64,000 nt of DNA, taken from positions 125,674,001-125,738,000 of the forward strand of contig NC_042997.1 of assembly GCF_006345805.1 (NCBI RefSeq), read 5' to 3'. Shown here one piece after another: positions 37,512 through 49,489 of the stretch. The first letter of the stretch is position 1. Each line of letters starts with the position of its first letter. A program made the translations under genes and the position numbers. The notes below the pieces were generated by a model. The model was not told the DNA's origin and did no database searches. It worked only from the letters and a program-made list of their open reading frames with translations. This DNA is from Octopus sinensis. Taxonomy: Eukaryota.

Positions 37512-38090
37512 CAAAATGGGACAAGTTCGCAAAACATCCGGACAACTAGGTGCCTTAATTCTTCTGTTCCTCTGCTTCTACTTCTCTCTCTACTCTTCCC
37601 ACGTGACCGATCAGCTAGCCTGCTCTTTCTTTCTTGGTCTGACCGTGGTCCGTGCAACATCAATATTCTTCCGTGTTTGTGAAATTTTTGTATCTCTGCC
37701 GTAAGGTTTCATTTCCACACGCGCCACAATTCGTCCTTAGTCGAAAGACACCTGTTGTTATGTCCTGTTATTATTTTTATTGTATTTTTTTATTGTATTT
37801 ATATTTGTGTAACATTGTCCGTTTTTTCCGTCCTTGTTTTTGTATACATTCGCTGCTTTCTTCCAAGGAATCTAATGCTCTTAGCTTAGTTTTTCCTTGG
37901 GGCTGGCCAAATTGGAGCAATCTCAAGAATAATCAGCCGAAATTGCGAGAATAATCCGGTTCTTGACTGAAGCTAGAAAACTTCGAATGACTCGTCCTTG
38001 TTTTCTTTGTATCGTCTATCTGGATGTTTTGTTGCCCCTTTTTGTACCATCTAGTTGTCCGGATGTTTTGCGTTCGTGTCCCATTTTGTA
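37510..38090. mobile_element. TIR-bounded element (40-bp TIR, 37/40 identical) between (TA)n and (CA)n
   Basis: TACAAAATGGGACAAGTTCGCAAAACATCCGGACAACTAG versus the reverse complement of 38051-38090. Confidence 0.7.
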
Positions 38091-38439
38091 CACACACACA
38101 CACACACACACACCGGACTACGTGTTGTGTTCTTCAGCAAGATAGTTTATTTCACGTTGCTCCAGTTCACTCAGCTGTAGAAATGAGTTGCGACGTCACA
38201 AGTGCCAAGCTTTATAGGCCCTTGCCTTTCCCTTGGATAACATCGGTGACGTAGAGAGGGGAGGCTGGTATGTATGGGCGACTGCTGGTCTTCCATAAAC
38301 AACCTGACCATGGGATTGCACCCAGAAAGTTATCCTCCCAGGCACAAGTCAGGGCAAGATTGTTTATGGAAGAGCAGACGATGTTATCCAAGGGAAAGGC
38401 AAATGCCGATATAACTTAGCACCAGTGACGTCGCAGCTC

Positions 38440-38720
38440 ATTTATTGACGTGCAAGTGGCTGAGCACTCCACAGACACATGTACCCTTAACGTAGTTCTC
38501 GGGGAGATTCAGCGTGACACTGAGTGTGACGAGGCTGGCCTTTTGAAATACAGGTACAACAGAAACAGGAAGAAAGAGTGAAAGTTGTGGTGAAAGAGTA
38601 CAGCAGGGTTCGCCACCCCCCCCCTGCCGGAGCCTCGTGGAGCTTTAGGTGTTTTCGCTCAATAAGCACTCGCAACGCCCGATCCAACGACCACAAGTCC
38701 GCTGCCCTAACCACTGGGCC
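38440..38720 (-). mobile_element. SINE with family-D-type head and family-C tail
   Basis: Reverse complement GTGGAGGCGCAATGGCCCAGTGG..AACACCTAAAGCTCCACGAGG..GTACCTGTATTTCAAAAGGCCAGCC. Confidence 0.8.
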
Positions 38721-38730
38721 ATTGCGCCTC

Positions 38731-38838
<108 letters not shown>

Positions 38839-38879
38839 AAACCTACCTAGCCCAGCGCAGAAGAAATATGGCGCGGCGA

Positions 38880-39250
38880 TGTGGTAAGTAGCTTGCTTAT
38901 CAACCTCATGGTTCCGGGTCCATTCCCACTGCGTGTCACCTTGGACAAGTGCCTTCTACTATAGCCTTCGGCCGACCAAGGTTTTACGAGTGGATTTGGT
39001 AAATGGAAACTGAAAGAAGACTGTCGTATATATATATATGTGTGTGTGTGTGTGGTGTGTGTGTGTGTGTGTCTGCAACATCGCTTGAGGACCGATGCTG
39101 ATGTGTATATGTCACCGTAACTTAACGGTTCGGCAAAAGATACTGATAGAATAAGTATTAGGCTTACAGACAATAAATCCTGAGGTCGATTTGTTCGACT
39201 AAAGACGGTGCTCCATCATGGCTGCTGTGAAATGACTGAAACAAATAAAA
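38880..39250 (+). mobile_element. SINE-B full length
   Basis: Head, internal (TA)(TG) and tail. Confidence 0.85.
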
Positions 39251-39754
39251 GAATATATATATATATACATATACACATATATATATATAATTCATACACA
39301 TATACATACACGCAAGGTTTTATATCTTGGTTAAAAACTTTGTTGTATATAAACAGAAGGTTGTTTGTATATACAAGTTAATGTGTTTACGCAAGTTACG
39401 AGCACGATTGATAAACACCTCACGAAACACCTGAACCATCTCAAACACACATCAGACACCAACTTCTACAGAAACATTTTTTTGTTTGTTGTTCACTTAG
39501 TAAATTACATGTAATTATGAATAAAAGCTTTATTTGGCATCTGAGCTCAAGGAAGGCAGCTAAAAGGCCAGTTCCGGATTCACAACGCGCGTGCACATAT
39601 CTTGTGGGAGTGGTTGTGTGTGAGGTAGGGGAGAGCGCACAAGCGTCTTTGTGTTTGTACTCCACCGCCGCCTGATAACCGGTACTGCTTTGTTTATATC
39701 CCTGTAACTTAGCAGTTTGGCAAAAGATTCCGATGTAATAAGTATCGGCGATCA

Positions 39755-39940
39755 TTCGTTACTAGTAACATAACTGTCACTTATAAACCCACGTGGGTTT
39801 ATTTTTCTGAAGAAAAAAGATACCCTTCCTCCCACCCCTAACCCTAACCCTAACCCCAGATATATAAAAAAAATGAAAATTTTACGGAAAGTGACGATCT
39901 TCTTCAAATGTATACAAATACACGTGACGTAAATGGGACT
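39755..39940. other. Small palindrome/telomere-repeat insert within a SINE-B tail
   Basis: GTTACTAGTAAC (39758-39769), ATAAACCCACGTGGGTTTAT (39783-39802), (CCCTAA)3 at 39836-39853. Confidence 0.55.
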
Positions 39941-41009
39941 CATATCGAAAGAATGCCTAAGTATCAGACATACAAATAAAAAAAATATATGTACAGGGGT
40001 CGATTTGTTCGACTAAACTCTTCAAGGCAGTGCCCCAGTATGGCCACAGTCCAATGACTAAAACGAGTAAAAGATACTCAAAAAAATGTGGTGACATCAT
40101 CACCATCATACCAGTAATTCTTACACGACATATGGCACGGTAACTTGGTAGAGAGCCTTGTTTACCTGTTTCTTTTCACCTGGCAATAAGATGTTGAAAG
40201 ATGTAGAGTAGAGCAATGCTCGACTGTCGTTATTTATTTGACGTTCTGCATCTTCCCCACTCCCAAATACGTAGTGTATTTTTTTTTCTTTTCTTAGGAC
40301 TATTATTAGACGATGCAAAATGTTAAATATTTCAAGCAGTGTGTCCTGTCTAAGAATAGTGCCGTCTATAACAACAGCTTTGTCACTGGTTTAGCCTCCT
40401 GACGTTCCCTGCATAAAATACGTTAACTCTTTACTAAACTTCTGTCTATAAATAGTCCAGTAGTTCACATATTACTGAAAGTTTTGAAAGATGTGTTTTG
40501 TAAAGAATCCTGCAGTTAAAAACTGAACACTGCAGCTATGACCCGCTGTTATTTGATAAATATAATGTAAATAAGTTTTTCATTCAAACCAACATTTGAA
40601 TTAGAGGTAGTTACTACATTAAAATGTTATTGATAAAGAAACTCCAGAAATAGATGGCATAAATAGAAAAATAACTATGGCCATAAAAGATGTATTAGTA
40701 CTAAAGTTATTAGTATTTGTCTTGCAAACTTTGTGGTGAAAACTGGTATTTTCTTAATGTCAATAAAAGATGCAATAATGACTACATTATCCGAGAAAGA
40801 AATAAACAGAATTATATAGACCACTCCGTATACAGCTTCTATTTTTAAAGAATATTGGAAAAATATTAGTCTCTTGTAAGTTACATGGTTTCTTTATTTG
40901 ATGATTATAAGATGATGTCCAAAGATTAAGCGGGTTTACTTCTCGTTGCTACAGCTGGCAAAATTAATTCAAATGGACCAGACTTGTCACGCTGTATCAC
41001 ACTCACTAT

Positions 41010-41400
41010 TCTCTTTACTCTTTTACTTGTTTCAGTCATTGACTGTGGCCATGCTGGAGCACCGCCTTTAGTCGAGCAAATCGACCCCAGGACTTATTCT
41101 TTGTAAGCCTAGTACTTATTCTATCGGTCTCTTTTGTCGAACCGCTAAGTTACAGGGACGTAAACACACCACTGTCGGTTGTCAAGCGATGCTGGGGGAA
41201 CAAACACAAAACACATAAATACACACATATATATACATATATACGACAGGCTTCTTTCAGTTTCCGTCTACCAAATCCACTCATAATGCTTTGATCGGCC
41301 CGAGGCTATAGTAGAAGACACTTGTTCAAGGTGACACACAGTGGTAATGAACCCGAAACCATGTGGTTGGTAAGCAAGATAGTTACCACACAGCCACTCC
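41010..41400 (-). mobile_element. SINE-B full length
   Basis: TCTTTTACTTGTTTCAGTCATTGACTGTGGCCATGCTGGAGCACC...TTACCACACAGCCAC. Confidence 0.9.
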
Positions 41401-42249
41401 TAACTACTTTATTGGCGCACGTGTTTGCTGAGTGTTCGGCTAATTTTACGATCAGACTGTTCTGTCGATCGGATCATCTAGTACACTCGTCGACGTAACG
41501 ACAGAGAGCCAAGATGAGGATGTGGGTGATCACTAGAATTTAGTTAAAGAATTGTACACATTATCAGAAATTTGTGGAGAAGTTAGCAGATTAAATTGGC
41601 CTCAGTATATCCTTGATATTCGTATTGACCCTTGAAGGAGAAAAAGAAAATTGACCACGGCTGGATTCGAACTCAGGGCGCAAAGGCCGGTGACTAAACA
41701 CTGTAATTAAGCTGCCAAGACAGGAGAAAATATACTTGCTATGTTCATGTTGGTGAACTGTAGCTGCTAAGTTGAGTAAAGAGTGGTAATGATTGTTAAA
41801 AGCAGCAAAATGAGTATCTGGTTAGCTTAGCTGCAAGCGGTCACAAACTATGTGGATAGAGGTGAGACGTGAACTGAATCGGCCGGTCTCTGCGCGATAT
41901 GGCCTGGTTAGAGTGAATACGCGTTTCGTCTCGACTGGCTCTAAAAACGTGCCAAATTACTGGCCTTGTTAGAAGGATATTCTGAACGTTTCCGCAAAGA
42001 TGCATCACATGGTGTCTGGGTTGGTCCATAACTCGGCCAATAACATGAAAAAGCTGTTATTATGCCGTGATTTTAACTTGGTAATTTGTTGATTCGGTTT
42101 CGAACCTTACTCCAGATTAAAATCTTTTTTAATACTTCTGAAGCATTTGACACCTTGGCAAAGGTATTCAACTCTCTAATTCATTAATTCGTTTTTAAAA
42201 AATATGTAAAATAGAAGTGCATGATATCTGCTTTTTTTACAACTTGTTT

Positions 42250-43030
42250 TGGAATGACATATTTTCTGACTCTAAAAAAAGCTGGACGTATTTTCTGACT
42301 CTAAAAATGTCTATGAGTGACTAATATTGGAACCAATACTATTTCTAATATACACTCATACTTTACCTGATTATATTAAATATGTTCACCATTACTATTT
42401 TTACAAACGATTTCTAATACATTCTTGGAAGCGAACAACTTCAGTGAAGCAACTGTAATGATAAATGCTAAGTTTCCTAAAATGGACAGATGGTACAAAT
42501 CAAATAGACTTACCCCGAAATTATGATAAAACTAAATTTATTATCTTTAAAAATTCTGAAATAAACCATCAGAAACAAGGCTCCTTATTCATAAATGGCA
42601 ATTATTAAATTGAACAATTTGATCATATAAAATGTTTAGGTCTAACGATCAACTAATTCAACGCATGAGTGGAAACAAACCATAAACCTTGTATCTAAAA
42701 CATCAGAAACAATTGATATATTATGCAAGGCTAAAATATGTCTTCCTCATTCGTATTTAATGGAATTATACTAAGCATTAATTTATCTCTATACGATGTA
42801 TATGAATACAATATGGGGTAATAAAAATGACATCTATTTAAATGAATTCTACAAAAGTAAAAACAAAAACGGTGTTTGAATCTTGGCTAATGTGCATATA
42901 ATAGAAACGAGGGTCAAATAAGTCATACACAACTAGTTTTTGTCTAACTTGGAATACTATCAATTTCCTACGTAAAGGTTTTATATATTAAAAAAAAATA
43001 CAAAGCAATCTACTGTTACCAAGACTCCTA
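42250..43030 (+). pseudogene. Decayed CR1/L2-like RT C-terminal region
   Basis: ..NYDKTKFIIFK..EQFDHIKCLGLTI..I.ILCKAK..LP..LMELY.ALIY..C.TIWGN-like segments across frameshifts. Confidence 0.55.
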
Positions 43031-43285
43031 CCACCACCACCACCACATTCTACCATGTAAACATGCAAGAACGAACAAAGTAAACGAATCAACGAGAAGG
43101 TTAAATAAATTGTTTATTTCGAGGCTGGATGAGGTAAAACGATGAACATAAGAACCATCAACTAATCTACAAATTAAGGAGGAAGTCTTAACGTGATTGC
43201 TCGACCAGTTAGAAATAACAGCCAAATTTTCCCCTATCGCATAGTATCGTCTCATAATGATGATGATGATAATGATGATAATAAC

Positions 43286-43322
<37 letters not shown>

Positions 43323-43326
<4 letters not shown>

Positions 43327-43870
43327 CCCTGATGCAGTACCAGGCAAGTGGCTCTCATGGCTTCTGATCTTAAATGATTGGAAGTGTTATCATGTACATT
43401 GTTTTGCCTTGGTATAAAAGACGGGCTACAGCAAATATTCTGCTCAATACCACAGATTTGCTTGTCAGTTGTTTGACCTTAACCAGTTGAGCATGTCCCT
43501 TAGTGGCTGACGATATGTGCATCTCTGATCACGAGCAGAAGTAGTGGGGGAGCATCATAGCCATGTGTTGAGAGGGATTCTTTGTGGTTTGAATAATTCA
43601 CCTCTGGAAACATGGGTGGTTCGTTCAACATCCTTAAACAACCTTTATTCAGGGACCTTCTGGCTACTCGACCAGAAGAAAATTCTAACTGGGCCCCACC
43701 TGCAAGGCCATGCGCTGTTTATCTTGATATGAGATCACCATGTAGCGCACATATGGTTGTGATGCATGTGCCTAGTGTACCTTTATCTGACGGGTAGTCT
43801 TGATGGATATACTGGGCTTCGTATATTTTACCCCGGTGTCACTTTGATGGCATGCACTGCACTCTCACTC
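43323..43870. mobile_element. ~550-bp non-coding insert embedded in an (AAT)n array
   Basis: Flanked on both sides by (AAT)n (43255-43322 and 43871-43950). Confidence 0.55.
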
Positions 43871-43949
43871 AATACTAATAATATTAATAATAATAATAAT
43901 AATGATAATAATAATAATAATGATAATAATAATAATAATAATAATAATG

Positions 43950-44470
43950 ATATTATTGTATACAGTGCTTAGGAGGTACAAAAACTCGTCGAAAAAGGCA
44001 AAAAAGAGGTCAGAAAGCAGAAATAAGTCAAGTAAAGAAAAACAGCAATGAAAACCAAAAGTACATGCACTGTACACAGAATAAAACAGAAAAACCATAC
44101 AAAGGAAATGGTGCAAAGACACATCAGGAATAGCGTTGGCAAATTATAGGAAATAGGGAATGTTTTTTTCGTTTTTCGTTTTTTTTATTTTTTGAGGATG
44201 CAGTGTCCTGACAACTAACAACCAATGCAGATAGTTTATTCTCGGCTTCGACAATCCAGAGCAAGAAAAAATGTTTCTGAAAGACATGAATACTGCACTG
44301 TGTAATTTATTCTTTCTTGTTTTTTCATATTTTTTGAAAGAATGTGCACAGTTGGTAGTAAATTAAGCAAGGTGGCCAGAAGAAGTTACGTTGGATAATG
44401 TGGTCTTGCGATTCTTGCACATAGAAATAAGACGGGATGGTCCTATTACAATCTGCGCAGATGGCAGGAT
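43950..44470 (-). mobile_element. CR1-like LINE 3' end, diverged
   Basis: Shares ATTATTGTATACAGTGCT and GAGGATGCAGTG..ACAACTAACAAC with 47680-47900. Confidence 0.55.
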
Positions 44471-45039
44471 CGTAGGCTTTGCTCGATCAGGATTGGTCTA
44501 GGGTTAAACAACAAAAAGAACATAACTCAACAAGGATCTAATTAGCCATTCCAAAGAAATTAACAAATACAAAAGAAGTAAACAGAAATACAAACAAAAG
44601 TGAACCAGTCCGTTCATTAAGGGCTCTTCTGTTACCCTTTTTTTTAATTTTCCATGGTTTAGGCGGGTGAAAGAACAAGGCTTATGCTCCTTTTATAGCA
44701 CCCTCGACACTGGTAGGGGTGGGGAGAAGATGGTCAAACCAGAGACCTAGTCTGAATGCTTACCACAGAGTAGACTCCGCTAAAGGCACCAAAGATACCA
44801 GATGATGTTAAATCGGATGGCGGTTAAGTCTACTGCCCAAATAGGCCGCGGCGTAATTTGAACTCTCAACGCAAAGAGTTGGAACAAATATCACAAGGCA
44901 TTCTTGCTGATGCTCTAACGATTTTGCCAGTTGACCACCCTAGTTTACTACTTTATTTTATCGACTTTGAAATGATGAAAATGTGGGGTTGAACTTCAGC
45001 AGGTTTGGAACACAGAAAGCCGGAATAAAGACCATTAGA

Positions 45040-45300
45040 CAGCAGCCATGCTAGGGCACCCTTTGGCCGAGCCGTTAGGCTATGAGGACATAAACACAGC
45101 AACAACGGTTTTCAAATGGTGATGGGAGACACAGACACAAAAGCACACGCACACACACACAACATATATATTTACTAAGGGCTTCCTTCAGTTTCCGTCT
45201 ACCAAATCCACTCACATGGCTACAATACAAGACACTCGCTCAAGATACTACACAGTGGGATTGAACCCAGGACAATATGGTTTGGAAGTAAATTATAAAT
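45040..45300 (-). mobile_element. SINE-B, degraded
   Basis: CAGTTTCCGTCTACCAAATCCACTCAC. Confidence 0.7.
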
Positions 45301-45628
45301 ATTTTTCTTGCTTTCTTACTTTATTGTTGTAGTGAAGGTGCATGACCTGGTGATTAGGGAATCGTGTGATAGTAGTTTCGATTTCTTGACCGGCCAATGC
45401 ATTCTGTTCTTCAGCAAAATATTTTATTTCGCAAGGCTCACGTCCACTCTGCTATAAACTGAATTCCAACAATAGCTGGGAAATTAACCCTGTGATGGAC
45501 TAGCGTCCAGTTCAGGGAGGTGTATTGTAATTTCAGTTACTTAAACATCATGGTGGCGAGCTGGCAGAATCGTTAGCACGCTGGATGAAATGCTTAGCAG
45601 TATTTCATCCGTCTTCATGCTCATTTTT

Positions 45629-45853
45629 TACATTATTTACATTTGACAGATATTTGTCCTCATCTTGTTTGTTGTTAACACAACATTTCGGCTGATATAC
45701 CCTCCAGCCTTCTTCAGGTGTCTTGGGATATTTAGAACCTGAGCTCTCATTCCTAAGGTATTTTTCGATGAAGGCTGGAGGGTATATCAGCCGAAACGTT
45801 GTGTTAACAACAAACAAGATGAGGACAAATATCCGTCAAATGTAAATAATGTA
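45629..45853. mobile_element. Palindromic mini-element (84-bp arms), putatively Penelope-like pLTR-derived
   Basis: Arms 45629-45712 and 45770-45853 are reverse complements with 2 mismatches; a fragment of the same family lies at 54478-54565. Confidence 0.75.
45677..45722 (-). ncRNA. Minimal type-I hammerhead ribozyme-like motif
   Basis: GACAC-CUGAAGA-A-GGCUG(gagggUAUAU)CAGCC-GAAA-UGU-U-GUGUU: stem I, catalytic core, stem II and a self-complementary helix-III remnant. Confidence 0.55.
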
Positions 45854-46534
45854 CATAATTCCTCATCTCTTAAATATAGAACTGTATCTTCTTTATGTTG
45901 TAAGTTCAAATTCCACGAAAACCAACGTTGCCCTTCGTCCTTGTGGGGTCAATAAAATAAGTACCAGTTGAGCACTAGGGTCGATGTCATTGACTTAATT
46001 ACCTCTGGGTATGAGTACAAAAAACTGCATCCCTCTATCAAGCCATGTCGAACCAAAGTGGCAGAGTAGACCCATCAAACCAGTACAAACTCAAGCCATT
46101 CTCTGATGGAGAGAACATGCTGAGGCCTTTGTCCTTTAGTGGACTGACCATGGACAATTCAATCCAATCCAAATACATTATGAAAACTGGGTTAAGCTTC
46201 AAGTTAGTCATGAATCCTAGACCCAAGTTTATTGCTCTATGGATATATTGTGATGATGATATGCAGGTGGTCTGCGAAAAGTTATGGGATTGGTTACTAA
46301 GAGGCTTTGTGAAGCAGAATGTGATGTCAAAGAAGAATTGTTCTGGTTGTTGGCTTGGAATTATGTGGGTTATGGTGTGGGTTGATTCGGATATAAAAAT
46401 AAAAGTGTAACTGTGATGCTATTGTGTTACCTCTTGTGTTATCTGTATTGTTTGAAAATCAGGACATATTGATAAGTTAACATCTCCTTTGATAGTATTA
46501 TTTAGAAACGTCTTTAAATGTTGTAGTTGGAGAT

Positions 46535-46980
46535 ATTGGTCCATTGCAGGGCCATTCATTTTTGCCAGCTGAGTCGACTGGAGCAATGTGAAATGAAGTG
46601 TTTTGCTCAAGAACATAATGTGTCACCCAGTCCAGGAATGGAAACCATGATCTCATAATCATGAGTCCAACACTCTTACCACTAAGCCATGCATCTCCAC
46701 TACACACAGACAGCTACATAGATAGATCGATGGATGGATGGATGGATGGATGCACAGACAGGCGGGCAGACAGACCGACAGGTGGGTAGACTGACAGGCA
46801 GACAGACAGACGGGCAAGCAGACAGATAGATAGACAGACAGACAGGCAGGCAGACAGACAGGCAGGTAGGTAGGTAGATAGACAGACAGACAGATAGACA
46901 GGTAGGCAGGAAAGTAGACAGGCAAGTAGATAGACAGACAGATAGACAGATGGGCTGGCAAATAGATAGATAGATGCAAA
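46535..46980 (-). mobile_element. SINE-C head plus (AGAC/AGAT/GGAT)n array
   Basis: CATTTTTGCCAGCTGAGTCGACTGGAGCAATGTGAAATG..ACCACTAAGCCATGC. Confidence 0.75.
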
Positions 46981-47679
46981 TGTATATACTGATTGAGTGA
47001 GTTTCTTGTTTCTTTTATGCTCAGTCAAATTATGATCACCATTACTTATCTATCTGGTTGATACTGAAACTCCTCAGACTAGCAAGAAGAAAGCTGTGGG
47101 CATGTTTTGGTTTCATCAACATAGCATAATCTCTTCGGGTTGTTTCAATCAATCAACAAAAGATTTTTGAGTTTTAGCCCAAAAGTAATTTGCATAATTA
47201 AAAAATTAAGTTAATTAAAGGAAATTAGTTGTGTGGGCCAAAAGCATGAATTTTGATAAATAAAGAGAAATATATTGAAATGCCACATGGAAAGATTTTT
47301 TGATTAATTAAGATGTTCATTTAAGCCGAAGGAGGAAGTAAAAAAACCCCTAGCAGTAATTGGTAAAAGCTGTCAAAGAAAAGGGGAAATGAGAAGATTA
47401 TTTCTATAACCTAAAATACAATATTTTCACCAAATTATGAAGATCATAATTTGAAGATCATGTTGTATGAAGATCATCTGCTATTTGTTTTCAGGAAAGG
47501 AAACAGCAACACTTGTTTTGGCATCCATGTTTCCTTCTATCCTATCCAGCCTCCAAATAGTGATGAAGGTATTGCAAGTGGAAGGTTTTGAGCAATTTGG
47601 CAATTTGGCCAGTCTAAGACTAGGAAAAGATTAATTCAATTCTTGTGGTACTGTTATATAATAATAATAATAATAATGA

Positions 47680-48240
47680 AATTATTGTATACAGTGCTCA
47701 GGTGCACCACAACTTGTCAAAAATAAGTATAAAGCATATGCAGTAATGTACAAATGTCTGGAAAGTGAACAGTGTATGAGTCAGATACATGCTTGCGTGT
47801 GTATGGAGGGGAGAAAATGAGGTGTTGTGTTGGCGAATCTCAGGAAGCATGGAAGTTTTGAAGGATGCAGTGCTCCAACAACTAACAACTGATGCCAGCA
47901 GTTTGTTCCATACTTCAGCAACTCTTAGCATGAAAAAATGTTCCCAAAAGTCATGGGAGCTGTGCTGTTTTCTGACTTTGTAAACATGTCCATGGGTGTT
48001 AGACAGGTGGAGTTTGAAAAGGTGCTCAGAGTTATTGTTAGTAGATGGTTAAAAATTTTATGGGTGTCTGCCAAGTCAGCTGCCAGACGTCAGAGTTTCA
48101 ATGTATCCATGCCCAGGGAAGTAAGGCGTTCAGAATATGGCAAATGCCTGGTGGAGGGTATTCTCTTGGTTGCACATTGCTGAACAGTTTCCAGACGATT
48201 AATATCCTGGGCAAGATAGGGGTTCCAGACCGGTGATGCA
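47680..48240 (-). pseudogene. CR1-clade LINE 3' ORF relic
   Basis: ASPVWNPYLAQDINRLETVQ..ATKRIPS.RHLPYSERLTSLGMDTLKL.RLAADL..; ..LRVAEVWNKLLASVVSC.STASFKTSMLPEIRQH. Confidence 0.85.
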
Positions 48241-48524
48241 TTATTATTGGCAATATCTTTTTTCTAAGAAGTAGTAATCCTAGTACTTAAATGGTATTTA
48301 TTTTGAGGCCCAGAAGGATGAAAGACTAAGCTGACCTCACTAGAATATGAACTCAAAATGTTAAGAGACAAAGCTAAATACTAAACAACAATGTCTCTGA
48401 TTCTACCATCCATCTAACAATAATAATTCTCTATATGACCAATCAACCTGCTAGAAATAGTAACAAAATCTCACTCAAAATCACACCCAATCATTTTAAA
48501 ATGATAAAATGCACACTTTATATA

Positions 48525-49447
48525 GGCGTAGGAGTGGCTGTGTGGTAAGTAGCTTGCTTACCAACCACATGGTTCTGGGTTCAGTCCTACTGAATGGCAC
48601 CTTGGGCAAGTGTCATCTACTATAGCCTCAGGCCAACCAAAGCTTTGTGAGTGGATTTGGTAGACGGAAACTGAAAGAAGTCCGTTGTATATATGTATAT
48701 ATATATGTATGTGTGTGTGTATATGTTTGTGTGTCTGTGTTTGTCCCCCCCAACATAGCTTGACAACCGATGCTGGTGTGTTTACGTCCCCATAACTTAG
48801 CGGTTCAGCAAAAGAGACCGATAGAATAAATACTAATCTTACAAAGAATAAGTCCTGGGGTCGATTTGCTGGACTAAAGAAGGTGCTCCAGCATGGCCAC
48901 AGTCAAATGACTGAAACAAGTAAAAAAAAAAAAGAGTATAGTCTTTGATAACTCTAAACAGATGGGAAGGTCATGGTCAGACTCATAAGCAAGCTCTGAA
49001 GGCGAGCAAGCACATAAAAAAAAAAAGCCCTGTAACACATACCAAACAATTTTTAACTCATATCTCTGATATTATGCAAAATATTTCATTAGTTATAATA
49101 TACATTATTGTATTTTACATTCATTAATTTCACGTTTCAGTAACAATGTCATTAAGTATGAAACTTACAATTACTGACAGAGTTTTAAAAAATTGTTGAA
49201 AAGGCATAAATTTTGAAAAAAATGTTCTCAGTAGGGAGCAGTTGTTCCCCTTGCTCCCTTATTAATTTCACCATTGATCATGGCTGGAAAACCTGTGGCT
49301 GTGTGGTAAGAAGCTTGCTTCCCAAACACATGGTTCCGGGTTCAGTCCCACTACATGTCATCTTGGGCATGTGTCTTCTACAATAGCCACAGGCCGACCA
49401 AGGCCTTGTGAGTAGATTTGGTAAATGGAAACTGAAATAAGCCCATC

Positions 49448-49489
<42 letters not shown>

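Larger units (their letters stand above)
45553..46000 (+). mobile_element. SINE-A interrupted by a palindromic mini-element
   Basis: Head at 45553-45615; the core resumes at ~45890. Confidence 0.75.

Noticed and set aside
40121-40400. Minus ORF with AVVIDG and a possible 14-nt micro-exon (GTGAAAAGAAACAG)
   Set aside because: There is an in-frame stop upstream and no supporting context; the signals are compatible with chance.
46038-46410. 121-aa ORF open on both strands
   Set aside because: No recognisable domain or splice signals; probably decayed TE or chance.
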